From Caldisericia bacterium (lineage in GTDB: Bacteria; Caldisericota; Caldisericia; JAAYUI01): a DNA stretch of 64,000 bases. Shown in pieces: positions 52,334-60,981 of this stretch (its first letter is position 1; each line of letters starts with the position of its first letter). The stretch spans positions 2,080,001 to 2,144,000 of the forward strand of contig OY771555.1 of assembly GCA_963674785.1 (NCBI GenBank), in the 5' to 3' direction. The notes under the pieces are model-generated. The model saw only the letters and a program-made list of their open reading frames with translations, did not search any database and was not told the DNA's origin. A program made the position numbers and the translations under genes.

Positions 52334-54741
52334 TTAAAAATAAGTTTTTTGTCATATTGTCAATAATTATATCCCTGATTTTTGTAACGCTATTTGTAGG
52401 AATTCAAGCTCAAACATCCGAAACAGATATTATTGGAATGCTCTCGGACAGAGCTCATTTCAAATATCCTAGATCAATTTTTGTTGATGATGATGAAAAA
52501 AAAATGATTGTTGCTGATACCGGAAATGGACTGATCAAGATACTCAATAAAGAGGGTGAATACATTGGTTCTTTTGGGGAAGACTTCTCGATGTACCCCA
52601 CAAAAGTTATCAAGGATTCTGGCTCAAGATACATCGTATGTGACCCAGAAAACGGAAGGATTTCGTTCTTTGACCGACGTGGTGAATTCATTGATAACAT
52701 GCATTTTTCAGAAAACCCAGAATGCGGTGTCATCAGGCCAATCTCCCTGACATACAATTCAAAGGGTGAGATGCTTGTTTTAGACAACGAAACCTCCCAA
52801 GTTAAGGTTTTTGGCTCAACAGGAATGTTTCTCTTCTCGGTAAGCCGGGAAGGTTCAGAAGATGGTGAGCTTTTAAAACCTGTTGATTTAACAACAGATA
52901 CAAACGATGATGTTTACGTTGTTGACAACGGCAACAACAGGATTTGTGTTTTTAATTCAGTCGGTAATTTCATAAAAAACATTGGAAGTGGAGAGCTCAG
53001 TTCTCCCTCCGCAATTTGTGTTACCGGAAACAATGTCTATGTGTCTGACACAGGAAACTCACAGATTAAGGTTTTCTCAAAAAGTGGTAGCATAACAAAA
53101 ACAATAGGTGAGTTTGGAATCGAGAGTGGACAATACAGATATCCAACAGGTTTTGTTGTTGAAGATGATGGCTCGATATGGGTATCAGATACTGGAAATA
53201 GCAGAATACAAAAAATCAAGAATGACAAGCACATTCTGACTGTTGGACTGGAAGGTTCGGCTCTATGGCCAAAGGGCTTAAAAGCGACAGATAATTACAT
53301 CTTTGTAGCCGAATCAAGCTCTGATGCTGTAAACGTTTACTCCGCTGAAACTGGAGAGCATATCATAAGTGTTGGATCACAGGGAACAAGTTCAACAAAT
53401 CTCAAAAAACCTGAGGACTGCGATATTTCTACAAGAGGTGATCTTGTTGTTTGCGACACTGGAAACAGTCGAATTCAAATCTACTCACTTGATGGGGATC
53501 ACCTTTTTGGATTTGGTGGTGAAGGAGATGGTCCAGGTGAATTCAGAAATCCTGGAGGAATCGGAATTGACAGAGATTCTGGCAACATCTATGTGGCAGA
53601 TACAGGTAATTCAAGGATTGTTTCAGTTTCAATGAGTGGAACGTGGATAGACTCTATTGATGAGAAACTAACAAAACCGACTGATGTTGCAATCGACACC
53701 CAAGGAAATGTTTGGGTAGTTGATGAAGAACTCGGAGAGGTCTTAATCTTTAACCCAGAGGGTGATTTTGAAAAATCACTTACCGATGAAGCCTTTTCAA
53801 AACCTACCTCAATCACAATCGATGAATTTGGAAGAGTGTTCATTTGTGATGCTGGGGTTTCTAATATCAGAGTCTTCTCAGAAAGCGGAATCGAACTTGG
53901 AAGCTTTGGTGAATACGGTGGTCCTCTGACAGACTTAAATGCTTTCTCAGAGGAGAAAAACACCGAACTCTTAAACAAACCAAATGGAATCTCTATTCAT
54001 GGAACACACGCATATATTTCCGACACGGCAAACAGTAGAATTGTAAGAGTTCCACTTTCAAAGTTTGGTGGACTCCCAAGGCTGTTTGTTGACACCGAGG
54101 AAATCACTTTCAGTAAAGTCCCACTTTCAACAAAAAGGTCTCAGATAATTCATGTTATAAACAATGGAAACGGCACCATTAGCGGAACAATTGAAGCTGA
54201 CCAAGATTGGGTTGAAATTACACCTAATGAATTTGATGGTGAAGCAGAAATCACAGTTTGGGTCAATGGTGAGAAAGCTCGGGAAGGATTGAGAGAGGCT
54301 GAGATCACTGTGATTTCAAATGGTGGAATCTTCAAAATACCTGTTTCTTCAAACTTCTTTTCGGGTACAGTAAAACGAATAGTCATGATGGATGGTCACA
54401 ACAACATAGAAGCAAACGGTAAAGAAATATACGTTTATCCATCCATGTATATTGATAAAAACTACTTCAGACGCTACGTTCATTTTAGGTTTATTGGTGA
54501 AGAGCTCGGAGCAAAAGTTACATATGACGGTAGATATATTAATTACTTCCTTGAAGGAAAAACCTTAAAACTAAAAATAGACTCGAAAGAAGCAGTCATC
54601 AATGGCGAAAAGACCCAAGCTAACTCTCCCGCGTACCTTTTCAATAAAAAGTATCCAGTTGTCCCACTAAGGTTTGTTGTCGAATCACTCGGGGCATCCT
54701 TGATGAATGTAGAAGATAAATTCATCGTTGAATATCCATAA
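52330..54741 (+). CDS. Secreted NHL-repeat/Ig-like/stalk domain protein
   Basis: Many NHL repeats (V.DTGNSRIQ); Ig-like INNGNGTISG; C-terminal VVPLRFVVESLGA. Confidence 0.85.
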   Translation: MIKNKFFVILSIIISLIFVTLFVGIQAQTSETDIIGMLSDRAHFKYPRSIFVDDDEKKMIVADTGNGLIKILNKEGEYIGSFGEDFSMYPTKVIKDSGSRYIVCDPENGRISFFDRRGEFIDNMHFSENPECGVIRPISLTYNSKGEMLVLDNETSQVKVFGSTGMFLFSVSREGSEDGELLKPVDLTTDTNDDVYVVDNGNNRICVFNSVGNFIKNIGSGELSSPSAICVTGNNVYVSDTGNSQIKVFSKSGSITKTIGEFGIESGQYRYPTGFVVEDDGSIWVSDTGNSRIQKIKNDKHILTVGLEGSALWPKGLKATDNYIFVAESSSDAVNVYSAETGEHIISVGSQGTSSTNLKKPEDCDISTRGDLVVCDTGNSRIQIYSLDGDHLFGFGGEGDGPGEFRNPGGIGIDRDSGNIYVADTGNSRIVSVSMSGTWIDSIDEKLTKPTDVAIDTQGNVWVVDEELGEVLIFNPEGDFEKSLTDEAFSKPTSITIDEFGRVFICDAGVSNIRVFSESGIELGSFGEYGGPLTDLNAFSEEKNTELLNKPNGISIHGTHAYISDTANSRIVRVPLSKFGGLPRLFVDTEEITFSKVPLSTKRSQIIHVINNGNGTISGTIEADQDWVEITPNEFDGEAEITVWVNGEKAREGLREAEITVISNGGIFKIPVSSNFFSGTVKRIVMMDGHNNIEANGKEIYVYPSMYIDKNYFRRYVHFRFIGEELGAKVTYDGRYINYFLEGKTLKLKIDSKEAVINGEKTQANSPAYLFNKKYPVVPLRFVVESLGASLMNVEDKFIVEYP

Positions 54742-55445
54742 TGAGCTCGTTTAAAATCCTAAACTCCAAGAATTGGTTTCTTGGTTCAGTTGATGATCTG
54801 ATTGAAGAGATTAGGTGTTCAGGTAAGCAGCTTTTTATAGTCACAGCCAACCTTGAGACAATCTCAAAATGCAATAGAGACGATGGGTTTTTAAGTATTT
54901 GTCTATCCGCCGATATAATCATCCCAGATGGGATCGGTTCGGTTCTTATGTTGAAAAGAATCGGTAAAAAACCAGAAGAAAAGGTTCCTGGATTTGAACT
55001 TGCATCGAAACTTCTTGAGAGATCAACCCAAGAAACAAAGGTTTTTTTGTTCGGTTCGTCTTCTGAGGTACTGGAAAAAGCTTCAGAGCATATAAAAGGG
55101 AACATTACAGTTGCAGGCACAAACCCTGGCTTCAGATTTACTTCAGCAGACGTTGTAAAAAAAATCAATGATTCGGAAGCTGAACTTCTTTATGTCGCAC
55201 TCGGAATACCCAAACAAGAAAAGTGGATTTATAATAACCATGATAAACTTTCAAAAGTAAAGGTCTTAATGGGAGTGGGGGGAACTTTTGATATCTGGGC
55301 TGGAACAAAAAAACGTGCTCCAAAATGGATTTGTAAAATTGGTTTTGAATGGTTATGGAGAATACTTTCTGAACCATTTGCTAGAATCCCACGGTTTATG
55401 AAAAGTTTCGGGACATTTATAAGGATAATGATTTTCGGAAAATGA
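54741..55445 (+). CDS. tagA: WecB/TagA/CpsF glycosyltransferase
   Basis: VTAN.E, PDGIG, VALGIPKQEKW, GVGGTFD, RAP, EWLWR. Confidence 0.9.
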   Translation: MSSFKILNSKNWFLGSVDDLIEEIRCSGKQLFIVTANLETISKCNRDDGFLSICLSADIIIPDGIGSVLMLKRIGKKPEEKVPGFELASKLLERSTQETKVFLFGSSSEVLEKASEHIKGNITVAGTNPGFRFTSADVVKKINDSEAELLYVALGIPKQEKWIYNNHDKLSKVKVLMGVGGTFDIWAGTKKRAPKWICKIGFEWLWRILSEPFARIPRFMKSFGTFIRIMIFGK

Positions 55446-56497
55446 AGCATCTGTCAGTCTGGGGGTATTACGGGTTTGGAAATGTCGGCGATGAAGCACT
55501 TTTATCAGCGCTTGCAAGAAACCTTCAAACCGAAAGGCTTTCGATTTTTTCGGGCAACACTAATTCAGTTCTAGACCATAAACATTTTGCATTTGAATCA
55601 AGAAATCCAAAAAACCTTTTTTCAGTGATCAAAAAAACAGATGGTTTCGTTCTTGGTCCCGGTGGTCTTCTTCACGAGAGAAAAAACGCAAAGGGAACGT
55701 GGTATCATCTTGCTGGAGCATTTGCTTCGCAGCTTTACAAAAAACCTTACTGTGCAGTTGGCCAACAAATCGGTTCATTTTCCAGAAGCTCAACAAAACT
55801 CCTCGTTAAGCAGGGACTTAGAAAAGCAAGCTTTATTTCGGTAAGGGATGAAAAATCATTTTCTGAAGCCAAGACATTAAATCTTAAGCCAACGCTTTCC
55901 GCCGATTTTGCATTCCTTCTCGAATCAGATGAACCATCAAAGGAAATCGCAGAAAAAATAAGAAAACTACCTAAACCAAGATTTATATTCGCACCAGCAA
56001 TTTCTGAAAACTTCACACCAGACATCAAGGCAACATCGAACATGCTTAACCAGATACTTGAAAAAACAAGCGGATCGCTGGTAATGATTCCATTTTTTCA
56101 AAGGAAAGATGACAAGACTATTTCTGAAATTTCCCCACTAATAAAATCAAGAAATCTCTTGTCTCTTGTTAGTCCAATCTCCTGGCAAGACGCTTTTGGG
56201 GTTTTTAGAATGGTCAATTTCTCAATACCAATAAGACTTCACTCCATGATAGCGTCAGCCCTTTCTGGTATTCCATTTCTTCCAATTGTTTACCACGAAA
56301 AAATCAAATCGATCGGATGCGATCTTGGTTGTGGTTATTTTATTGAAGACTTAGGTAACATCGAGAATACGTTTGATGAGTTTTACAAAAAAATTGGCGA
56401 ATCAAAAAAAGAAATACCCAAAATGGTTTTAAAAATGAGAGAGCGTGCAGGTATTTCAGTTAAACTGCTCAGAGCATTCATTGATGAAATTGATTGA
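55442..56497 (+). CDS. csaB: Polysaccharide pyruvyl transferase, CsaB-like
   Basis: GYYGFGNVGDEA, GGLL, SVRD..S, RLHS, Y..K. Confidence 0.85.
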   Translation: MKHLSVWGYYGFGNVGDEALLSALARNLQTERLSIFSGNTNSVLDHKHFAFESRNPKNLFSVIKKTDGFVLGPGGLLHERKNAKGTWYHLAGAFASQLYKKPYCAVGQQIGSFSRSSTKLLVKQGLRKASFISVRDEKSFSEAKTLNLKPTLSADFAFLLESDEPSKEIAEKIRKLPKPRFIFAPAISENFTPDIKATSNMLNQILEKTSGSLVMIPFFQRKDDKTISEISPLIKSRNLLSLVSPISWQDAFGVFRMVNFSIPIRLHSMIASALSGIPFLPIVYHEKIKSIGCDLGCGYFIEDLGNIENTFDEFYKKIGESKKEIPKMVLKMRERAGISVKLLRAFIDEID

Positions 56498-57148
56498 TGA
56501 CATACTTGATTTCATCTACCCACCAGTTTGTGTTATCTGCGAAAAACCTGGAAAACACGCTCTCTGTAATGACTGTCTCATCCAGCTTGAACCAAAACCC
56601 GAAATCTACTCTCTAAGATTGTTCAATGTTTTAACGATTCTTCCTTATGAAAACGTGGTAAGAGACCTAATCCACAAAATGAAATTTGAGAGCCACGACC
56701 GACTTGGGATTTTACTTGCAGAACTTGCAGCCCCATACCTTCAAAACCTCGGTGAAAGAATACTAATTCCTGTTCCAATTCACCCACTGAGGCTCAGGAA
56801 ACGAGGGTTTAATCATTCCGAAGTGATTGCAAAACGAATTGCAAAGATTCTGGGCTGGAAATGCAATAGCAGACTTCTGAAAAGGACAAAAAATACAAAT
56901 CCACAATTCCAAACAAATCTTGAAGACAGAGCTGAAAACGTTAAAAATGCTTTCAGTTTAAACCGGTTTCAAAAATTGATAAAGACAAGCATTACATGCT
57001 TGCCGATGATATTATGACAACATCTTCAACATTGCAAAGCTGTGCAGCGACCCTTTTTAAAGCAGGGATAACCAGACTTGATGCTCTTGCCATAACAAAT
57101 GCTACTGCATCTCCCTCAATTATTGTTGATTCGGATTACTTCATGTGA
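56484..57148 (+). CDS. comF: ComF family protein, split by a -1 frameshift near 56957-56975
   Basis: CVIC..CNDC, PVPIH..RGFN. The PRTase motif (LADDIMTTSSTL) lies in the -1 frame, which ends at TGA 57146-57148. Confidence 0.8.
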
Positions 57149-57189
57149 TAGCTTCACTGCCATTGACGAAGATTCGGAGGATTTAAGAG

Positions 57190-57747
57190 TTGAACACAAT
57201 AAAAGAGATGATTAAACGACCCTTCACATCGTTTGGAATATCTGTCATTGGAGTAATGACAGCCATGGCGATTATTGTTACAAGGTTCTTATCATATTTT
57301 CCAGTACAACATATTCGAGTCGACCCAGCTGGTCCTGCAATAATAATGATGGCTGGGATGTTTCTTGGACCAATCGGAGGAGCACTCGTTGGAGGTTTAT
57401 CTGACATAGTGGGAATACTCATTTTTAACCCAACACCAGGAGCCTGGAACCCATTAATCTTTTCGGGTCAGGTAGCTTATGGATTTGTCGCAGGTCTACT
57501 CTTCATGAAAAAATGGAATCCAAAAGACTCAAAGAGCGTTTTCCAGATCATTACAACTGTTGCCTCAGCACAATTGGTTGGCTCCACACTAATCACTCTT
57601 GGCGTTTGCTTTCTATATGGATTACCTTTTGTGGGAACATTTTTGACGAGATTGTCAATGCAACCTTTATTTATTGGCTTATATGCAATGATCTGTATTT
57701 TGGTAGTCCAACCTGTCGAATCAATCCTTCCATGGAGTAGAAAATAA
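57190..57747 (+). CDS. ECF transporter S component (FolT-like)
   Basis: Hydrophobic protein; AGMFLGPIGGALVGGLSDIVG motif. Confidence 0.75.
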   Translation: MNTIKEMIKRPFTSFGISVIGVMTAMAIIVTRFLSYFPVQHIRVDPAGPAIIMMAGMFLGPIGGALVGGLSDIVGILIFNPTPGAWNPLIFSGQVAYGFVAGLLFMKKWNPKDSKSVFQIITTVASAQLVGSTLITLGVCFLYGLPFVGTFLTRLSMQPLFIGLYAMICILVVQPVESILPWSRK

Positions 57748-58154
57748 TGAAAGTTATTCTTAAAAATAAACGTTGCATGTGACCAGCCTGTGCCTTACAG
57801 GTAGAGGAATCGGTTCGATTCTTAAATGGTGTTGAGAAGGTGGAAAAGCTCCTTTTTGGAGCATTTGAAATTGCTTTTGATGATCAAGCAGTTAAGGTTT
57901 CTGAACTTGAAAGTCGAATGTCAATCGCAGGATTTCCTCCGGAGGATGAAATGAGAGTAGAATTATCAGTTCCTGGAATTATGTGTGAAGTTTGTGCTGG
58001 AAAAGTCAAAGATAATCTATCAGTACTTTCAGGTATTGAAACAGTCAATATAAACATAAAAAATAAAACTGTAGCAGTCGATTTCGACAAATCAAAATTG
58101 ACTGTTGACGATATCAAAAATAAACTCTCAGAGATTGGTTATCCAGCAGATTAA
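57747..58154 (+). CDS. Tandem heavy-metal-associated (HMA) domain protein, probable selenoprotein (UGA at codon 12)
   Basis: ATG 57747 overlaps the upstream TAA. It reads MKVILKNKRCM-TGA(57780-57782)-PACALQVEESVRFLNGVEKV and continues in frame into ORF 57840..58154, whose second HMA has GIMCEVC. Confidence 0.8.
57805..57823 (+). promoter_or_regulatory. Candidate bacterial SECIS hairpin
   Basis: AGGAATCG-GTT-CGATTCTT stem-loop; G-first apical loop about 30 nt after the UGA. Confidence 0.55.
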
Positions 58155-59500
58155 CTAGAGTAACTGGTTACCTTTTGGGCACCAATTGAATATGTGTGGT
58201 CAACATATAATTTAACGAACTTTTTTGTGTCTGATATTGTCCTAAAACATGACCTTCCAGACATAGTGCTATTTTGATGAAGTGCTTGAGCAACACATCC
58301 GCCCCCACAAATTGGGAGGAGAACACAATTTTTTTCTGCGCATTCAAGGATTTTTTGTTTTCCTCCTGCCAACCAATTTTTCTCTTTTTTGGTATCAAAG
58401 AATGATTTGCCGTTTATATTTCCTACGCAAAAAGTCTGGTTATTGATATGCTCCCAACAATGATTTATCTCACCTTTTGGCCCAATTGCAAAAAACCCTT
58501 TTGAGTATGCCCCACACAGCATTGGAGCAATCAAGTACTTGAAATAACTTCTTTTATCTCCACCACAGAATCCATTTTCAACAATCTTTTGCGTCCACTG
58601 ACCAATCTCTGAAAAATACTTTTTACTTGATATACAATCAACCTCATACTTCTCGGAGCTCTCTGTCATTTTGGTTATTGGATAGGTATAAACAGATAGA
58701 TTCCTGAGATTTGATAAACCTTCTTTTTTCAAATCGTCCAGTAACTCATCAATTGAGCCTTCATTTTCTGAATCAACATTAATTCTTATTTCTATGTTTT
58801 TGATTCCAATATCTACAGCCTTTTTTATCCCCGTTATTACATCTGAGTATGATGCAGATCCATCTGAATATGGTCTCTCCTTGTTATGAAATCTTTTTGC
58901 TCCATGCAAGGTAACTTGCAATCGATTTAAACAAATTTCAGAATGTAGTCTTTCAAGTTCCTTTTCAATAAGAGATCCATTTGAAATTATTCCCCAATAC
59001 TGATTGATATCTGGAAAAGCATTATCAATGAATTTCTTTAAATCTATGAAATATTCAGGATACATTAGTGGTTCACCACCATAGCAATTGATGGTAATCT
59101 TCTTGACATCCAACCTAACAACTTGATCTTTAATGAAATCCTTGAGCCTATTAAAGGACTCTTGACTTATTGGTTCAATGTTGGTCCGACTTTCATAACA
59201 ATATGGGCAGCCAAAATTACAATCCATTGATAGCGCAAAAACAATATCAAGTGTCCCGGGGTTTTCAAATCTATTCAAAAATCTCTCAACAACCCATTTT
59301 TTTTCATCAAAACCGTCATCAACAAGAAAACCGGTCTTTTTTAAGTCAGCCAAAATATTTAAGTTCGAATGAAATCGATCTTCTTCAATAGCCCTAACAA
59401 CTTCATTCGATAAAATAATCACAGAGCCAGAAAGTGTTGAAAAAAGAATCATATTCTCATTATTATATTTGACCTTCAATAAGTAATTTGTAAATCTCAT
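58151..59500 (-). CDS. Radical SAM/SPASM peptide maturase
   Basis: CNFGCPYC, YGGEP, SPASM CGA..GPKGEINHC...CAEKNCVLLPICGGGC...C; RRE-like N-terminal extension; GGAGGAG RBS before ATG 59500. Confidence 0.9.
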   Translation of the reverse strand: MRFTNYLLKVKYNNENMILFSTLSGSVIILSNEVVRAIEEDRFHSNLNILADLKKTGFLVDDGFDEKKWVVERFLNRFENPGTLDIVFALSMDCNFGCPYCYESRTNIEPISQESFNRLKDFIKDQVVRLDVKKITINCYGGEPLMYPEYFIDLKKFIDNAFPDINQYWGIISNGSLIEKELERLHSEICLNRLQVTLHGAKRFHNKERPYSDGSASYSDVITGIKKAVDIGIKNIEIRINVDSENEGSIDELLDDLKKEGLSNLRNLSVYTYPITKMTESSEKYEVDCISSKKYFSEIGQWTQKIVENGFCGGDKRSYFKYLIAPMLCGAYSKGFFAIGPKGEINHCWEHINNQTFCVGNINGKSFFDTKKEKNWLAGGKQKILECAEKNCVLLPICGGGCVAQALHQNSTMSGRSCFRTISDTKKFVKLYVDHTYSIGAQKVTSYSS

Positions 59501-59517
59501 TGCTCCTCCACTAAAAT

Positions 59518-59547
59518 ACTGGGGTGGAAACATGTTTCCACCCCAGT
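59518..59547. repeat. Perfect 30-bp palindrome between precursor and maturase
   Basis: ACTGGGGTGGAAACA|TGTTTCCACCCCAGT. Confidence 0.95.
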
Positions 59548-59560
59548 CCCCAACATTAAC

Positions 59561-59752
59561 CTACTCCATCGTGCTACCATTTTGCCAGCATCTGTAGTTC
59601 GGGCATCCACATAGCTCCATCTGATTTGGATCAAAAACCTGTTGATCCATCCAAACTACTCTAAGCTCCGGAATCAACTCCATTATCTCTGGATCCACCT
59701 TTGACTGATCCAAAGACACCTTAATTGAGTCTGGGTTGTGTTCGTATGGCAT
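59561..59752 (-). CDS. Putative RiPP precursor peptide (63 aa)
   Basis: Strong GAGGAGGT RBS; acidic leader-like region; C-terminal CGCPNYRCWQNGSTME; directly upstream of the rSAM/SPASM gene. Confidence 0.75.
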   Translation of the reverse strand: MPYEHNPDSIKVSLDQSKVDPEIMELIPELRVVWMDQQVFDPNQMELCGCPNYRCWQNGSTME

Positions 59753-59889
59753 AACATTACCTCCTCTCTCACCTGATAAAACAACAATATCACGGAGGCA
59801 AGTTTACAAAAAATAATTTTAATTTATGGACAGATTAATTTTGTCGATTCTTTTATATTTGTAGCATCATCAACAGGATCTTCAAAAAT

Positions 59890-60873
59890 CTATTTAATTA
59901 GATTAAAAACCAACAACATCAATCCACCAAATACGGCTGATGCAAACCAGAACCAGAACACAATTTTTTTCTCACTCCATCCAAGAAGCTCAAAGTGATG
60001 GTGGATTGGTGTCATCAAAAACACTCTTTTCCCTGTTCCGGTTTTTCTTTTTGTGTATTTGAAATAGCTCGTTTGAATCATAGTTGAGAGCGCCTCAAAG
60101 AAGAAAACAAATCCGCCAATCAAAAATAACCAGATATGACCGGAATAGATTGCTGTTATTGCAAGCACTCCACCAAGTGCATTTGACCCAGTATTGCCCA
60201 TCCAAACCTTTGCAGGATGAAAATTAAAAACCAGAAATCCGACAGTTGCACCAATCAGAGCCAAGGGCAAAATTGCCAAACCTTTATCAACGATAAAAAG
60301 CATTGGAATGTATGAAATCAGAGTTATCGTGTTTGCACCTCCTGCCAACCCATCAAGACCATCAGCAAGATTAACTGCATTAACTATCCCAATAATAGCA
60401 ACAACATATACCATCGCTGAAATTGATTCTGGTGTTCCAGCACCAAAAACAGGCGTCAAAATCTGGTAATGAATTAAAATGAATGGGAATGTAATAAGAA
60501 GCTGAAGGGCGATTGTCCATCTTCCCGGTAAACCCTGTGGTGAATTTGTGAAGATTTTTATGGCATCGTCAATGAAACCAATGAGTCCAAATCCCCACAT
60601 CGCATAAAGTCCCCACATCAAATAATGAGGAGCAAAACCAGTCATTAGGTCTGTAAAACGAGAGAAAATAAGGGCGGAGGCAGTAGCAGCAATCATAAAA
60701 ATAAACCCGCCCATGCAAGGTGTGCCAGCTTTTTTTTGATGACGTTCAGGTGATTCTGCACGAACTTTTTGACCAGTGCCAAGTGTTTTTAATAAAAGAA
60801 TTATTGGATACCCGATGACTAGACTGATGGCAAATGCCGATCCTGTCAGCAAAAAGATATTATTCATAATCAC
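59890..60873 (-). CDS. mraY: Phospho-N-acetylmuramoyl-pentapeptide transferase
   Basis: KAGTPCMGG, GFIDD, NAVNLADGLDGLA, MGNTGS, MTPIHHHFE. Confidence 0.96.
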   Translation of the reverse strand: MIMNNIFLLTGSAFAISLVIGYPIILLLKTLGTGQKVRAESPERHQKKAGTPCMGGFIFMIAATASALIFSRFTDLMTGFAPHYLMWGLYAMWGFGLIGFIDDAIKIFTNSPQGLPGRWTIALQLLITFPFILIHYQILTPVFGAGTPESISAMVYVVAIIGIVNAVNLADGLDGLAGGANTITLISYIPMLFIVDKGLAILPLALIGATVGFLVFNFHPAKVWMGNTGSNALGGVLAITAIYSGHIWLFLIGGFVFFFEALSTMIQTSYFKYTKRKTGTGKRVFLMTPIHHHFELLGWSEKKIVFWFWFASAVFGGLMLLVFNLIK

Positions 60874-60891
60874 CTCACTTACAAACAGGGA

Positions 60892-60919
60892 ATTATAACG
60901 GATATTGACTTTATGACAA
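60892..60919 (-). promoter_or_regulatory. Promoter of mraY
   Basis: TTGTCA-N16-TATAAT on the minus strand. Confidence 0.65.
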
Positions 60920-60981
60920 GATTTTTAGTTTTCTAGTGTGTCAAATAAAATAGAATAAGTTTAGCAAAAAAGGAGGATATT

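Noticed and set aside
57149-57189. THF riboswitch upstream of the FolT-like gene
   Set aside because: Only about 40 nt separate it from the restored comF stop, and no aptamer is visible.
57780-57782. Genome-wide UGA reassignment (code 4 or 25)
   Set aside because: TGA terminates pyrR, the C25 peptidase, DUF4388, tagA and the M18 peptidase normally, and other ORFs are not interrupted by TGA.
59501-59533. Longer N-terminus for the rSAM enzyme (ORF-track start 59533)
   Set aside because: That ATG lies inside the palindrome; the RBS supports ATG 59500.
59890-60873. mraY outside a dcw cluster
   Set aside because: Dispersed dcw genes are common, and the protein looks ordinary.
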